Positions 11,740-23,500 of a stretch of DNA of 64,000 nt are shown here, piece by piece. Source of the stretch: Podarcis liolepis (Eukaryota); NCBI GenBank assembly GCA_965112155.1, contig OZ218105.1. One strand, written 5' to 3'. The notes beneath the pieces were generated by a model. The model was not told the origin of the DNA and ran no database searches. It was given only the letters and a program-made list of their open reading frames with translations. Position 1 is the stretch's first letter; every line of letters begins with the position of its first letter. The position numbers and the translations under genes were made by a program.

Positions 11740-12760
11740 CTGGTGGCCTTCCTGGGGGAGGAGGGAAACCGAGCGCCCAGAGGTCGCCTCACAGCAGCCC
11801 ACTGGGCCCCGCCGAGGCCTTGCCTTCCCGCGCCCACTCGCCCCTCAGAGTCTCCAAGCGGCGGCGCCGAGGGCTTGCCGCCCTCCGCCCCCATCACTGC
11901 GCCCAGGACGCATGCGCGCTCCGGAGGGCGGGGCTGAAGCCGGGAGCTCGGCGCGGCAGCGGCAACAGCAGCGTCTGACACAGCCGTGCATCCGCCTCCT
12001 TCCCTCCCTGCCGGCTCAGGGAGACCAAGCGGCCGAGCGCTGCTCCGACACCCTCGCCAGCCCCGGCCCGGCTCGGCCTAGTTGATTAACCGCAGCGCCG
12101 AAATTGCCTACCTCTGGCTCCCGGCTCCTTGTTTCAGAGGAGAGGAATTTCCCTCAGCTTCACCTCATCCCTTCCTTCCTCCTCATCTCTCCGTTATCCC
12201 CTCCCTCCCTCTTCTGACCCAGCGCGCCCATTTTCTCGCTCGGCTTTTCCTCCATTCGCATCCCTCACCATGAGGCTGAAGGGCCGGGGATGCTGCGCCC
12301 CGGGCGGAGGCAGCGGAAGAGGAGGCGGCGGCGGGGAGGAGAAGCAGCCACAGCAGCCGCCCGGGCCGGCCCCTCCGCCGGTGCGGAGCCCCTTCGCGCA
12401 CCACCTGCGCTTCAGCGCCCTGCAGAAAGCCAAGGTGGGTGTGCGCGCGCGCGCGCTAAGCGGGGCATGTCTCCTGTCTGGAGGCGAAAGGGGCGAAGGA
12501 AACCGCCGCGCGTAGACATAGATAGGGGAGTGCGGGCGCGCGCGAGCGGCTTTTCCTCTCCACCCCCCCCCCCCAAAATAAAGCATGTATGTGTGTATAT
12601 CTTCTCCCGCGCGCGCCCGCGAGACAAGACCCGCTCGTGTGTGCGCGAGACGCACGCGACGAGGGGGGTGGTATTGCACAACGCGTGGAGACGCCGAGTT
12701 GCGCGCCCGGCGGAGGGGAAGGAATGAGGGGCTGGCGCTTTTGCGTGCGACGCTGCAACC
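11740..12760 (+). promoter_or_regulatory. CpG island spanning the LPCAT1 promoter, exon 1 and the start of intron 1
   Basis: Very GC- and CpG-rich compared with the flanks; GC boxes (ccgccc ~11885, gggcgggg ~11926); NRF1-like cgcatgcgc ~11909; no evident TATA box. Confidence 0.85.
12270..12434 (+). CDS. LPCAT1: LPCAT1 exon 1 coding part (MRLKGRG...PFAHHLRFSALQKAK)
   Basis: Kozak-like ctcaccATGa inside the CpG island; 165 nt; donor AAG|gtgggt. Confidence 0.93.
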
Positions 12761-14552
12761 AAATCGCACTAGTTCTAGTCTCCTAACCGCTAACGCAAAT
12801 GGTCTTGAAGTCCTCCTCCTCCTCTTCTCCATCATCAGGCTGCGCCTCTGAGGAGGCCTTTCCTTCACCTCTCCGCTTTATTTCAGCCTCTTACCATCTT
12901 CTTGATGCTTCTCAGTACAACAGGTGCCTAAAGCCCTGAGGCCTGATTTTTTTGGCTTGGCCTCCCAGGCAGAGCCAAAAGATTGCAGTAAACTGGCACC
13001 CTCGACTCTCTCAGGCATACCTAGCAAAGGTGGATCTAGGGATCAAGGGTGGATCAGTCGCACTGGACAGCAGAGCTTGTGAGGCGCCACAGCAGTTGCC
13101 ACAACTATGAAGTCCAACACAAGGGGCGCGCGTCGGATTATGGTATGGCACGGGGCATCACTGATATTTGAGGTGCCAAGGTCTGCCGCTGTACATAGTG
13201 CTCCTTGCACCCTTGGCAAGGAGCTGTATTGGCATACACGTATGGGGGGGGTGTCACTTTACCACAACAGCCGTATTAGAAATTACTACGTTTTACAACT
13301 ACTCCAAGTGTCCAGAGTGGGTGGCGAGGCGAGGAGGAAGGGTGATAAAAAATTTTGTGTGAGAAAGATGGGAAGCTTCTGTGTTCGATGACGCCATGAC
13401 AGCAGCGACACATCACCACAAACATACACAGTGGTACCTCTGATTACGTACTTAATTCATTCTGGAGGTCCCTTCTTAACCTGAAATTGTTCTTAACCTG
13501 AACCACTACTTTAGCTAATGGGGCCTCCCACTGCTGCCATTCCACCGCTGCACGACTTCTGTTCTCATCCTGAAGCAAAGTTCTTAACCTGAGGTACTAT
13601 TTCTGGGTTAGTGGAGTCTATAACCTGAAGCATATGTAACCGGAAGCATATGTAACCCGAGGTACCACTGTACTGCACATTGTACGCTCCATAGCGTGGC
13701 AGGTGATTTCTGCAGCCCCCCTGGGCCTGGGTCCCATCGGGACCGGTTTCGCTGACCCCTAGGTACACCTCTGCCCCCTCTATAGGCAAGTGCTTCCCAT
13801 GGCCTTTTCCCAAGGAAGAGCTGGTAGGAAGTGCCTTAGGTTGTGTCTACTTCTTGAAGGTACCCAGAGTGCTTTCTTCCAGTGGCATCCAACCCTTCCT
13901 TGTCTGCCTTAATTGGTCTGGAGTGGGAAAGACAGATGGTGGGAAGTTTGCCTATGCGGCTAGGCAGTTCAGGCATCTTGGGCAATGTGGCTGCCGGTGC
14001 CAAATAAGCCCCAGACTCCCTCTAACCTTTGGAGCTGAAGAGGTGGGGCAGGGATTGTCATGCGGTTACTAAGACAGTCGCCTACCTTGCCCACAGCTTC
14101 ATGCCTTGGGAGGAAGACTGGCTGCTCACAGTCTCCACAGGACGGCACCATGCTTTGTCATAGTGAATGTGGCAAGTGGGAATTGCTGAAGCCTGCTAAA
14201 GCCTACTCCTAACCAAGGTTCTCAGAAATAAGGCTCATTCTCAGCACAGCTGATTTGTAAGCATGCTTAGAATTGCAAAGTAGTCCAAAAGCAGTCCTGG
14301 AGTTGGGACTCAAGAGAGGCTCTGGTGTTCTTCACACCTCCTATTCCTTGTTTGTATGATGAGAAAGACCATCTCATGTCTTCTCATTTGTGTCAAGGAA
14401 ATAAACAACTATCTTACTTTTAGAAGACATCTGAAGGCAGCCCTGTTCACAGAAGTTTTTAATGTTTGAAGTTTTATTCTGTTTTTAGACCTCTGTTGGG
14501 AGCCACCCAGAATGGCTGGGGAAACCCAGCCAGATGGGCAGGGTATAAATAG

Positions 14553-14587
<35 letters not shown>

Positions 14588-17500
14588 GTAATAGGGACTG
14601 TATTAGTGTCCAGCCTCTGCCACACTTTAGTGCCCTTAATTTTCCTGCACTGACCAAGAACAGAGACATGAGGTTTGATAAATTCTCCTCGCTTTATTGA
14701 GGTGCCCATATCAGAATCTTCCCTGGGCCATATACGGCTTTAAAATGAAATATGATATCTAGCCACCATAAATCATAGTCCTATCTGATCTTAAAAGTTT
14801 TTGTTACATTGGAACAAATTGGCCTCATTTAGATTCTAGTCTTCTGTCCATAATACCTAGCACTAGATGTTCATAGAATGTCCAAAATGAGCACAGGAGA
14901 AGTTATGGTATTCTACTGTGCCAGAACAATAGTAGCATACCAGTGCTGAAAAGATTTGCCCCATAAGGATAGCACCCAAACTTACTTTTTTCTCACCTCA
15001 TGGGACCAATATTTTTGCAGTCCTCTCAGCTGCTAGGCATCTCAAGGACTTGTTGGCATGGGGTTCCTCACCCCTCTTCTAATCAATGTTTGTGCTATGC
15101 ACACTGATTCCTACTTTCTGCAAGCCAGTTGTGACTGCTGTTTTGACCCATACTCCACTTGCAGAAAGAACAGCAAAGTCCATACAGTTATACTATGCAA
15201 ACTTTCCTGCAACCTGGTACTTTTTCTTAGGCACCGTTTCCCACACTTCCAGCTGAATAATGAAAAATGGTAGTGCAGAAGTGAACATGGAGAGGAAAGA
15301 ATTGTCCAGTATCACTTCATTCGTAGCTTCTGGCATTTGCCTTCCTCTGACCAGTGGATGCACTTTTAAACTTTGGTAGTATGTTGAATCAGGCAGCAGA
15401 GGCACGGGCAAGGGAGGAAACAGAGAGCGAAGGGGAGGAGGCAGAAGAAAAGATGAGTGATGACGACGACCCGAGATCTCCCAGTCTTTCCAGTGAATCA
15501 GAGGATTCACAGAAAGGAGCACCAGTAGCCAGGGCAAGGGGGGAGTCCAGGGGGGCACCCCAGGAAGATAGAGCCAGAGGGGACTCAGAGGAGAGCAGCT
15601 GGAAATCGGGACCAGCGTCACCGCCAGGAAACAGGGAAGAGGAAGGGAGCCAGGGGGGAAGCGCTGGCAGCTCACCACAGGAGGGAGGACATGAGTCAGG
15701 AGTGGCCACACCTCCATCGGGGAGCGAAGAAACGGTTAAGAGGAAAGTGGGAGGTTGGGCGCGCGCGCCAAGTTCAAATGCAGAGGAAGGCGGCGCAGTA
15801 AGCCCCGAAAGGGAGCCAGGTCCTAAAGCCCGGCGCAAGGAGGCAGAAGGGTCCGGGTCAGCGTCAGAAGAATCCCGGAAGAAAGAAGCCCCGGGGGGTA
15901 GAGGGACCCAGAGGAGGACAGTCAGGCGGAAAAGGTGGAGCAAGGCTAGGATATTAAGTTGGTGCACACGGGGCGGGAACTCAGACGGAGCTTCGCCGAT
16001 CTAGCTACTAGACGTAGAGTTGCCCGCAGCAGCGTGAGAATGGAAACTGTAATTCAATAAAGACTTTTACTTAATGATCGCTGGCTAGCGTGATCCTCTG
16101 TGAGCTAGGATCTTCAAGCAGCTCTGACAATGTCCAACTATGTTTTGAACACACACAGAGAGACAGACAGCGCAACCACTTTTTTTGGAAATAACCATGA
16201 ATGACACCTGGAAAGCACAATATAGACTATTTTTTTATCTCTTGTGGCAGTGAATTTTGTACGCTAACATTGTATTGCATGAAAATGCAACTTCCCCCTC
16301 CATCTTAGCCCGCTTTAAATTTCCTTAAGTGTTCCTTAGTTTACTGTTGGATGGAGAAAACTTGAGCAATAGCCCTCTATTCACATTTTCCTTGATTCTT
16401 GGCTATACTTCTTTCATTAGTGCTTTTTTCCATTGATTTGTTTTTTTGTTTTTTTAAAAAAACAAACTTGCTTGAATGATACAAAATCTTATCTTTCTGT
16501 GTGCCCTTTTCTAATTCTGCTGGAAGGCAACAAGAATTACACATGAAATTAAAAGGTTTGTCGCCAGTAGGAACGCTCTGGCAGTTGCTCTGACAACTCC
16601 TCATGTGGGCTAGGAAAGAGGTGACTGACCTGTGTCCCTCCATATATTGCTGGGCTCAGGCTCCCATCAGCTCCAGCCAGCTTGCATGGTCAGGGATAGG
16701 GGGAATTGCAGTTCTGCAACATCTGGAAGGCCAGACATTTGTCACTCCTGGACTAGCGCAAGAAGAGGATGGCAATTAGCAGACTAAGTCACAACATAAA
16801 TGAGTGAAGCCTCCCCCCACCCCCCACATGTGCTTGGAGGGCTGGGCCATGGGTGCAAGCAGCAACAAAAATATCTGGCTAATAAGCCAGGTAAAAACTT
16901 ACGGACCTCTGTGAATGCCCTAGTTTTGGTTTCCAAAGGCATCTGGTTGGCCACCATGAAACCAACAGGCTGTTCTTATGTTCTTATAGAACCACTATAT
17001 TTTCTGTGTTACACCATAAGCCACGCTAGAGAAGTGTAAGCAGAACTCTACTCATATAGCAGTGCCTTCTCCCGTCTCCACCCCTACTGTACCCTTCTGA
17101 GCCCCCTGAAAAGCTGCTCTTGAGGGTTAGGGGCACTCTCCCAAATTTCATGCAATGATGAGACCCCAGTAACGGGGGGGGGGGGGACAAGTGGAAATCA
17201 GGATCCCATCTTCTGCCCCCTTCCCAGTTGCCTAACCAATGTTTAAGAAAGATGCATTTTGCAAACTAATTAATTGTTTACTGTGTATAATGTTTTTTAA
17301 ACCATCCTGTCTTCAACTGAATTGATTTCCTGATTGTAGAACAGGAATTCTCAGAATATCTATAGCGGCAAGATGTATTGATATAAATCACTAATAAGAA
17401 GCATGGTTTAAACCAGGTTTCCCATTGCAACTTCATGTGGTTTCTAAACTGTTATGCATACTAATTGGTTAATAGATTTTGGTTGGCATCTGTCTGTCTC

Positions 17501-20500
17501 AGGAGAAAATGGAGAAGTGCATCATTGATATTAAAGCACATTTATGTACCACTCTGCAAAGTGTTTATATTATCTGGGAATGTATGTTTTGTATATGTGC
17601 GCGCACACAAACAAACAAACGTGGGGCCAGTTTTCTTGCAGCTGCCATAGTCTGTACTGGTACATGCTGCTCAGTCAAGCCCACTTGGCTGTTCAGTTTT
17701 GAGAGCTGGGAAGCTGGCTTAGCATTACCTACAAACTAGTGTTCATGGTTTGTTCCTCTCAAGCAAACCATGAGTGGAGAATCCAGGGTCTAGAAGACAA
17801 CTTTAAACCATGTTTTTACATTCTGACTTCCTTGGAAGCTATTAACCAGTTTCCCAGTTCAATATAAGCTATGGTTGACTTCTCCCACACACATTCAAAG
17901 TGCACAAAGGTTGTGCACACATTTGCTTATTAAGTCAAGGTTTGATCAAATTCAAACACGGTCTCTCCTTACCTAATAGCTACCACCAGCCAAATCGTAC
18001 CATGGCTTGGCGAGGGTATAGAAGAGAGAGGTTGAGGTGGAGCTGGACACAGTTTCGTTGATGGAAGCTAGTGGCCAAGGCATAGAGAAAGTTACTGTAG
18101 ATTGGACTCAGGTTAAGAGGCATCTAGTCTGGATATGAACCTTCTTTGTGTTGGTGTAATAAGAATGTATCAGATGGATGGCTATCTCAGATTTCTGTAC
18201 AGTACTACATTTGCCAAATCTTATTCATCTTAAAAGATCTATTTGTGTTCCCATGGCTGAATCACTTTGGTTCATAGTCATCTTGTGACCAAGACCCAAG
18301 TACCATGTTTCTCATCTGTGGTTTCCAGCTGATGAATCCTCAGCAGACAGGAAAAGTAATCATTACCAGCTTCCAAATGCACGTTGGCATCGCTTATGGG
18401 GCATTATCCAGCAACAGTTAAGTATTCCTAAAACCTATACATTATAGTGGAATAGTTGACCTCCTTAATTTTAGGTGGAGTGTACTTGGAAGTTTCCATC
18501 TTAGCTTCATTGCTGCACCCTATACACATAACAGTTGGCAATGCTCACAACCTTCTGGTGCACTATCTGGTACCTGTTGGTTTCTGGAATTCTTGCAAAG
18601 AATGCTAGATAGGTAGATCTAGGGTCATCCTGTGTGCTTAAGCAAGACTCTACTCCTTCTCATCGAACATGATTCATTACGCCTTAGCTAATAAGAGATC
18701 CCGAGCATGCTGCCTTGATTTGTAAATTTAGAATGCATTAGTGGACAGTGTGGAGTCTAGTGCAGGGGGGGAAAACAAATCACACATTACAGTGGTGCCT
18801 CGCAAGACGAAATTAATTCGTTCCGCAAGTTTTTTCTTCTTGCGAGTTTTTCATCTTGCGAAGCACGGTTTCCCATAGGAATGCATTGAAAATCAATTAA
18901 TGCATTCCTATGGAAACTGCCTTCAGACCAGGTCCGGGGACAGTCTGTCCCCCGACCTTTTCTGAAGGCTGGGGGGGGGACAAGGGCTTTTCTTCCCACC
19001 GCCAGCCTTCAGAAGGCTGTTCTGAAGGCTGGCGGTGGGAAGAAAAGCCCTTCTCCCCACCTCCCGCCCCGCAAGCTCCAGGGACAGGAGGGCTTTGCTG
19101 CCGACCGCCAGCATTTTAAAAGCCCCCGCTGTCCCGGGGCGATTTTAAAATGCTGGCGGGTGGCAGCGAAGGTTTCGCTGCTGCCCGCCAGCATTTTAAG
19201 ATCGCCCGGGACAGCGGAGAAGTTTCCGCTGCCCCGGGGGCTTTTAAAATGCTGGGGGTCGGCAGCGAAAGCTTCGCTGCCGCCCGCCAGCATTTTAAGA
19301 TCGCCCGGGACAGCGGAGAAGTCTCCGCTGCCCCGGGGGCTTTTAGAATGCTGGGGGTCGGCAGTGAAAGCTTCGCTGCTGCCCGCCAGCATTTTAAGAT
19401 TGCCCGGGACAGCGGAGAAGTCTCCGCTGCCCCAGGGGCTTTTAAAATGCTGGGGGTCGGCAGCGAAAGCTTCGCTGCCGCCCGCCAGCATTTTAAGATC
19501 GCCCGGGACAGCAGAGAAGTCTCCGCTGTCCCGGGAAGGAAGGCGGGGGGGAGCAAAGACTTTTGCCCCCCGCCGGCCTTCAGAAGAGGTCCAAGACCTC
19601 TTCTGAAGGCCGGCGGTGGGCGAAAGTCTTTGCTCCCGACCGCCAGCATTTTAAAAGAGGTCCCTGGAGATTTCCCTATGGGCTTTCTTCTTGCGAAGCA
19701 AGCCCATAGGGAAATTTGTCTTGCGGAACGACTCAAAAACGGAAAACTCTTTCGTCTTGCGAGTTTTTCGTTTTGCGAGGCGTTCGTCTTGCGAGGTACC
19801 ACTGTACTGAAATTTCTAGCTCACCCCTATTGTAAAACTTCAGCCACTAATCCTCCATATTTCTGAAAAATACTGAATATAATAGATCCTAAAACTTGTG
19901 CTTGGTAGAGTATTTGTTAAATCATTTATGTGGGTTATGATTTCTAAAAAAGAGATTTTCGTATCACAATAGTCAGTGGCGTAGCGTGGGTTGGCAGCAC
20001 CTGGGGCAAGGCAAGTAATTTGCGCCCCCTAACCCGTGGATTTGCGCCCCCTAACCCGTGGATTTGCACCCCCTAACCCGTGGATTTGCCTAACCCCCCC
20101 GATGTTGCGCCCGGTGCCGCCGGCCCCCCCTGCACCCCCAATGCTACGCCACTGCAATAGTCGCTCCCTTAAATAGTGTGTTCAGCTGCTGAGTGCTGAC
20201 AAAATGGAGCCAACAGAGGGACGCTGAGAAACAAAAGGAAAGTATTAGAGGGACCAGAAAGTATCAAGAAATAACAACAAACAAAGCAAAATTTTGAAAC
20301 AGCAGAGTAAGCCCACCATAAGCCCAATAAGCAGATACTATGTCTCAGATTTTGTTATATTTTGCCTTTTGCATTGATAACTTGATTTTTATGTACAGCA
20401 CTCAGGATTCACACTTTTTCTGAACATGCACTTCGTAAATTTTCTAAATAAATAAAATTTAAATTAAAAACTGGGAAGGGCTGCCTGCAAGAAGAGGTTG

Positions 20501-23500
20501 TGGCTGCCTGCATCCCTTAACAGGTGGGAGGTGAGAACACATTGCATGTTACATTGCAGAGGTATATGGAGGGGTAGTGCCTCTGGTGTGGGACACGTCG
20601 TGCTCCTTCTGGGGTGGTTTGTCCACCCCACCCTGTTCCCCACCCTGCACTAGTCTCTCAGCTGTGGCTCCTGGAAGCTGTCAGCATGCGACAGCGGCCA
20701 CACCATGGGAACAGCTTTGACTGGCCAGCTAAACCAGGTGAGGGCAGCTGATGGATCTCAAAGCCTCATTGAGTTAGGGACTTCCCTGCATATGAAGACA
20801 AGCTCTGGCAGATTAAGCGGGTAAGACCAGTAGTGGGTCCAGTGGTCAAGAAGGCGGTTTCTGCACTTGCAGAGCGAAGTGAGGGGTAGATGGGGCTTGT
20901 CAGCCTGGGAAGGTAGCCCATCTAAGAGACTGAAACCTCTGATCCTAAACCTCTGCTGCCTTGTGGGACATCTTTGGGAGAAGAAGGGGCTAAGGAGCAA
21001 ACCCTACACAAATCTGGAGTGGAGTCTTATACACCACCTTTCTTGTAGCCAAGGTAGTTCCAAATGTATTGCTCTGCTTTCCTTTGCACCACACCAGCGA
21101 GGCTGAGAAGGGGGTCTTGACATGTGGGCAGTCCAGGACCTCCATACACACTGTCTAGGCTTGTGCCCCAAGTAGGTCACTTAAGTGCTTCTAATGCAGC
21201 GGTTTGACTTCACCCACAGAGGAGCACTCCATTGTCTCTGAGACAGACGGATGGCAGCAATACATTGCAGCACTGCATTGCAAGTTCCACTTGTTCCCTC
21301 TTAATGGCCAACTAAACCAGTTCATGAGCCCCCCACCACCACCCCCAAAAAAACCCCAGGTGGTGTTTTTTTAACATATTCTTTAGATCTGTAATGGGGT
21401 GCCTCTAAGCACCATGGTGCCCTCAGATATGTCCCTTGGCCAAGACCTACTGCCCCTCCCCGTTCTTATAAAATGAGTTTTCCTGGTTTCTTTTACCATG
21501 GGTGCTGCTGAGCTGGCTGGAAAAGAAAGTGCAGGCATTCATCTACATCCATCCTCTTAACTTCTTTTCTTCCAGAATGCCCCATGTTGGGGTGCCTCGC
21601 TTCCATTTTGGTTCGTTTTGTGGCAGTTGTTGGCGTTATTATTATTTTCTTCCTCTTCTTTCCTTTTTTGTGGGTTTGCCTACTTTATCTTTTGAGAGGG
21701 AATGCATTTCAGCTGCTTTTTCTTTGTTTGGAAGACACTTTGCCTGGGTTTTTTTGTGGGGGAGGGTGGCTCACTTGCCCTTTTTTGACAGTATTTTGTG
21801 TGTTCTTGGAGTGTAGATGTGTTGCCTGTTTTGGGGTCTGAGTTTCACCCAGTTGTTTCCTGTTAAATGGGTATCTTGTGGTGCCCATTGCAGTTTCTTA
21901 GATTCCCATGCATACTCCCAGGGGCAAAATTGACATAGGAGTTCATAGATGTATGTAAATTGAGAGAGAAACATATTTAATGAATGTTAGGAAAATGTTG
22001 AAATGAAGTTATATGGCTTTAGCAGAAATATTATAAGGAATCAAAGTACAGATAGGTTAATAGACTATTAAAGGAAAAAAATAAGGTTAGAATGAGTTAA
22101 GATAATTATAGGATAGAAAACAGAGGAGGATGGAAAGGAATTGCTGAAATAATTAACAGAAGTGGAATACAAAAAGGGAGGTGTGAGGAGGTCGTGGAAA
22201 TAAGTGAATGAAAGAAGGGATAATGAAATTGGAGGATTTATCTTATTGTCTTAGTCTTGTTTTGTTAATTTGATGTGTTGTATTGTTTTTCTTTTTCTTT
22301 CTTTTTCTTTTTCTTTTTTCTTTTAGTGTTTTTGGAAAAATAATAAAAATTTAATAATAAAAAAAGAGAAATATATTTGTTTCTCTACTGCCAAATCATA
22401 AAATGACCATGGTGGTGTTCAATAGAAGCATTAACACATTACAAAATCCAGAACAAATGATTAAGGCTGAATCAAATTAATTCTCTGAAAATACTTGTTG
22501 AAACAGAAACCTTTTCAGCAGGCGACAAAATGTCAAAATTCTTTCTTAATTCATTAGAAGCAGTGTTCCAAAGTACGAGTGCCACTATGCTAAAAGCAGG
22601 CATCCCCAACCTTCGGCCCTTCAGATGTTTTGAACTACAATTCCCATCATCCCTGACCACTGGTCCTGTTAGCTAGGGATCATGGGAGTTGTAGGCCAAA
22701 ACATCTGGAGGGCTGCAGGTTGGGGATGCCTGGCTAAAAGCCTTAGTTTGCATAGAAACCAAACAATTATGTGATAACTGGAGCAGTTAGGAGGGTTTCT
22801 CTGGGTGATCAGTGATCTGGCCAGTGTATAAGGAACAAAGTGGTTCTTCAGGTAACCTGGTCCTATGTCATTTAAAACCTAACAGTAATATCTTGAATTT
22901 AGCTCAGCAATGTATTGGCAGCCAGTGCAATGCAATATGTCTCTATTTCCCAGTTCTCAGATCATCTCTCATAACAGCCTCAGATGTAAAGAACTCAGTC
23001 TCTCCATATATTTTCTTCTCAGAGGCACACTCAATTGGCATTTATTGGTGCATGTAAAACAAGATCAAAGTATGTTGGTGTTCTGCCTACTTCTCTTCAG
23101 TTTTCCCTTTGTACTAGTAGTGATGAATATCTCTTCCCATTGCAGGTAATAATTTTTATCATGAAATATTTGAATCCTAAACTGATTAATCTGGCATTTA
23201 TATTGCCCAGAGAGCCAGCTGCCATTTTCAAAGTTATCCAATTAGTCTTGGCACCTTCTACATGTGATGAACCCATGCTGCACTACAGTCTGTTTGCAAT
23301 TTCCTGCCACATCATTAATTAATCTTTTCTCTGATATCCATTCCAGGGCCTTGCATACTACCAAAGTTAGCTCAATTGGCCTCTGATCATTTGAATTGGT
23401 TCTATTTCTGTTTTTGGATGAGATTAAAGGTACAACGTTAGATATTTCCTATTCCGTAAGGTACCGTTGCTGACTTCCCTGAGAACCTGACTTTATGGGC

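Noticed and set aside
11636-12868. Many ORFs on both strands around exon 1
   Set aside because: Stop-poor CpG island; only 12270-12434 has splice and homology support.
19009-19866. Long overlapping ORFs (148-238 aa) with 33-aa repeats, and a CRISPR-like look of repeated hairpins
   Set aside because: They arise from a 99-bp GC-rich tandem unit inside a MITE. There are no unique spacers and no cas genes, and the context is eukaryotic.
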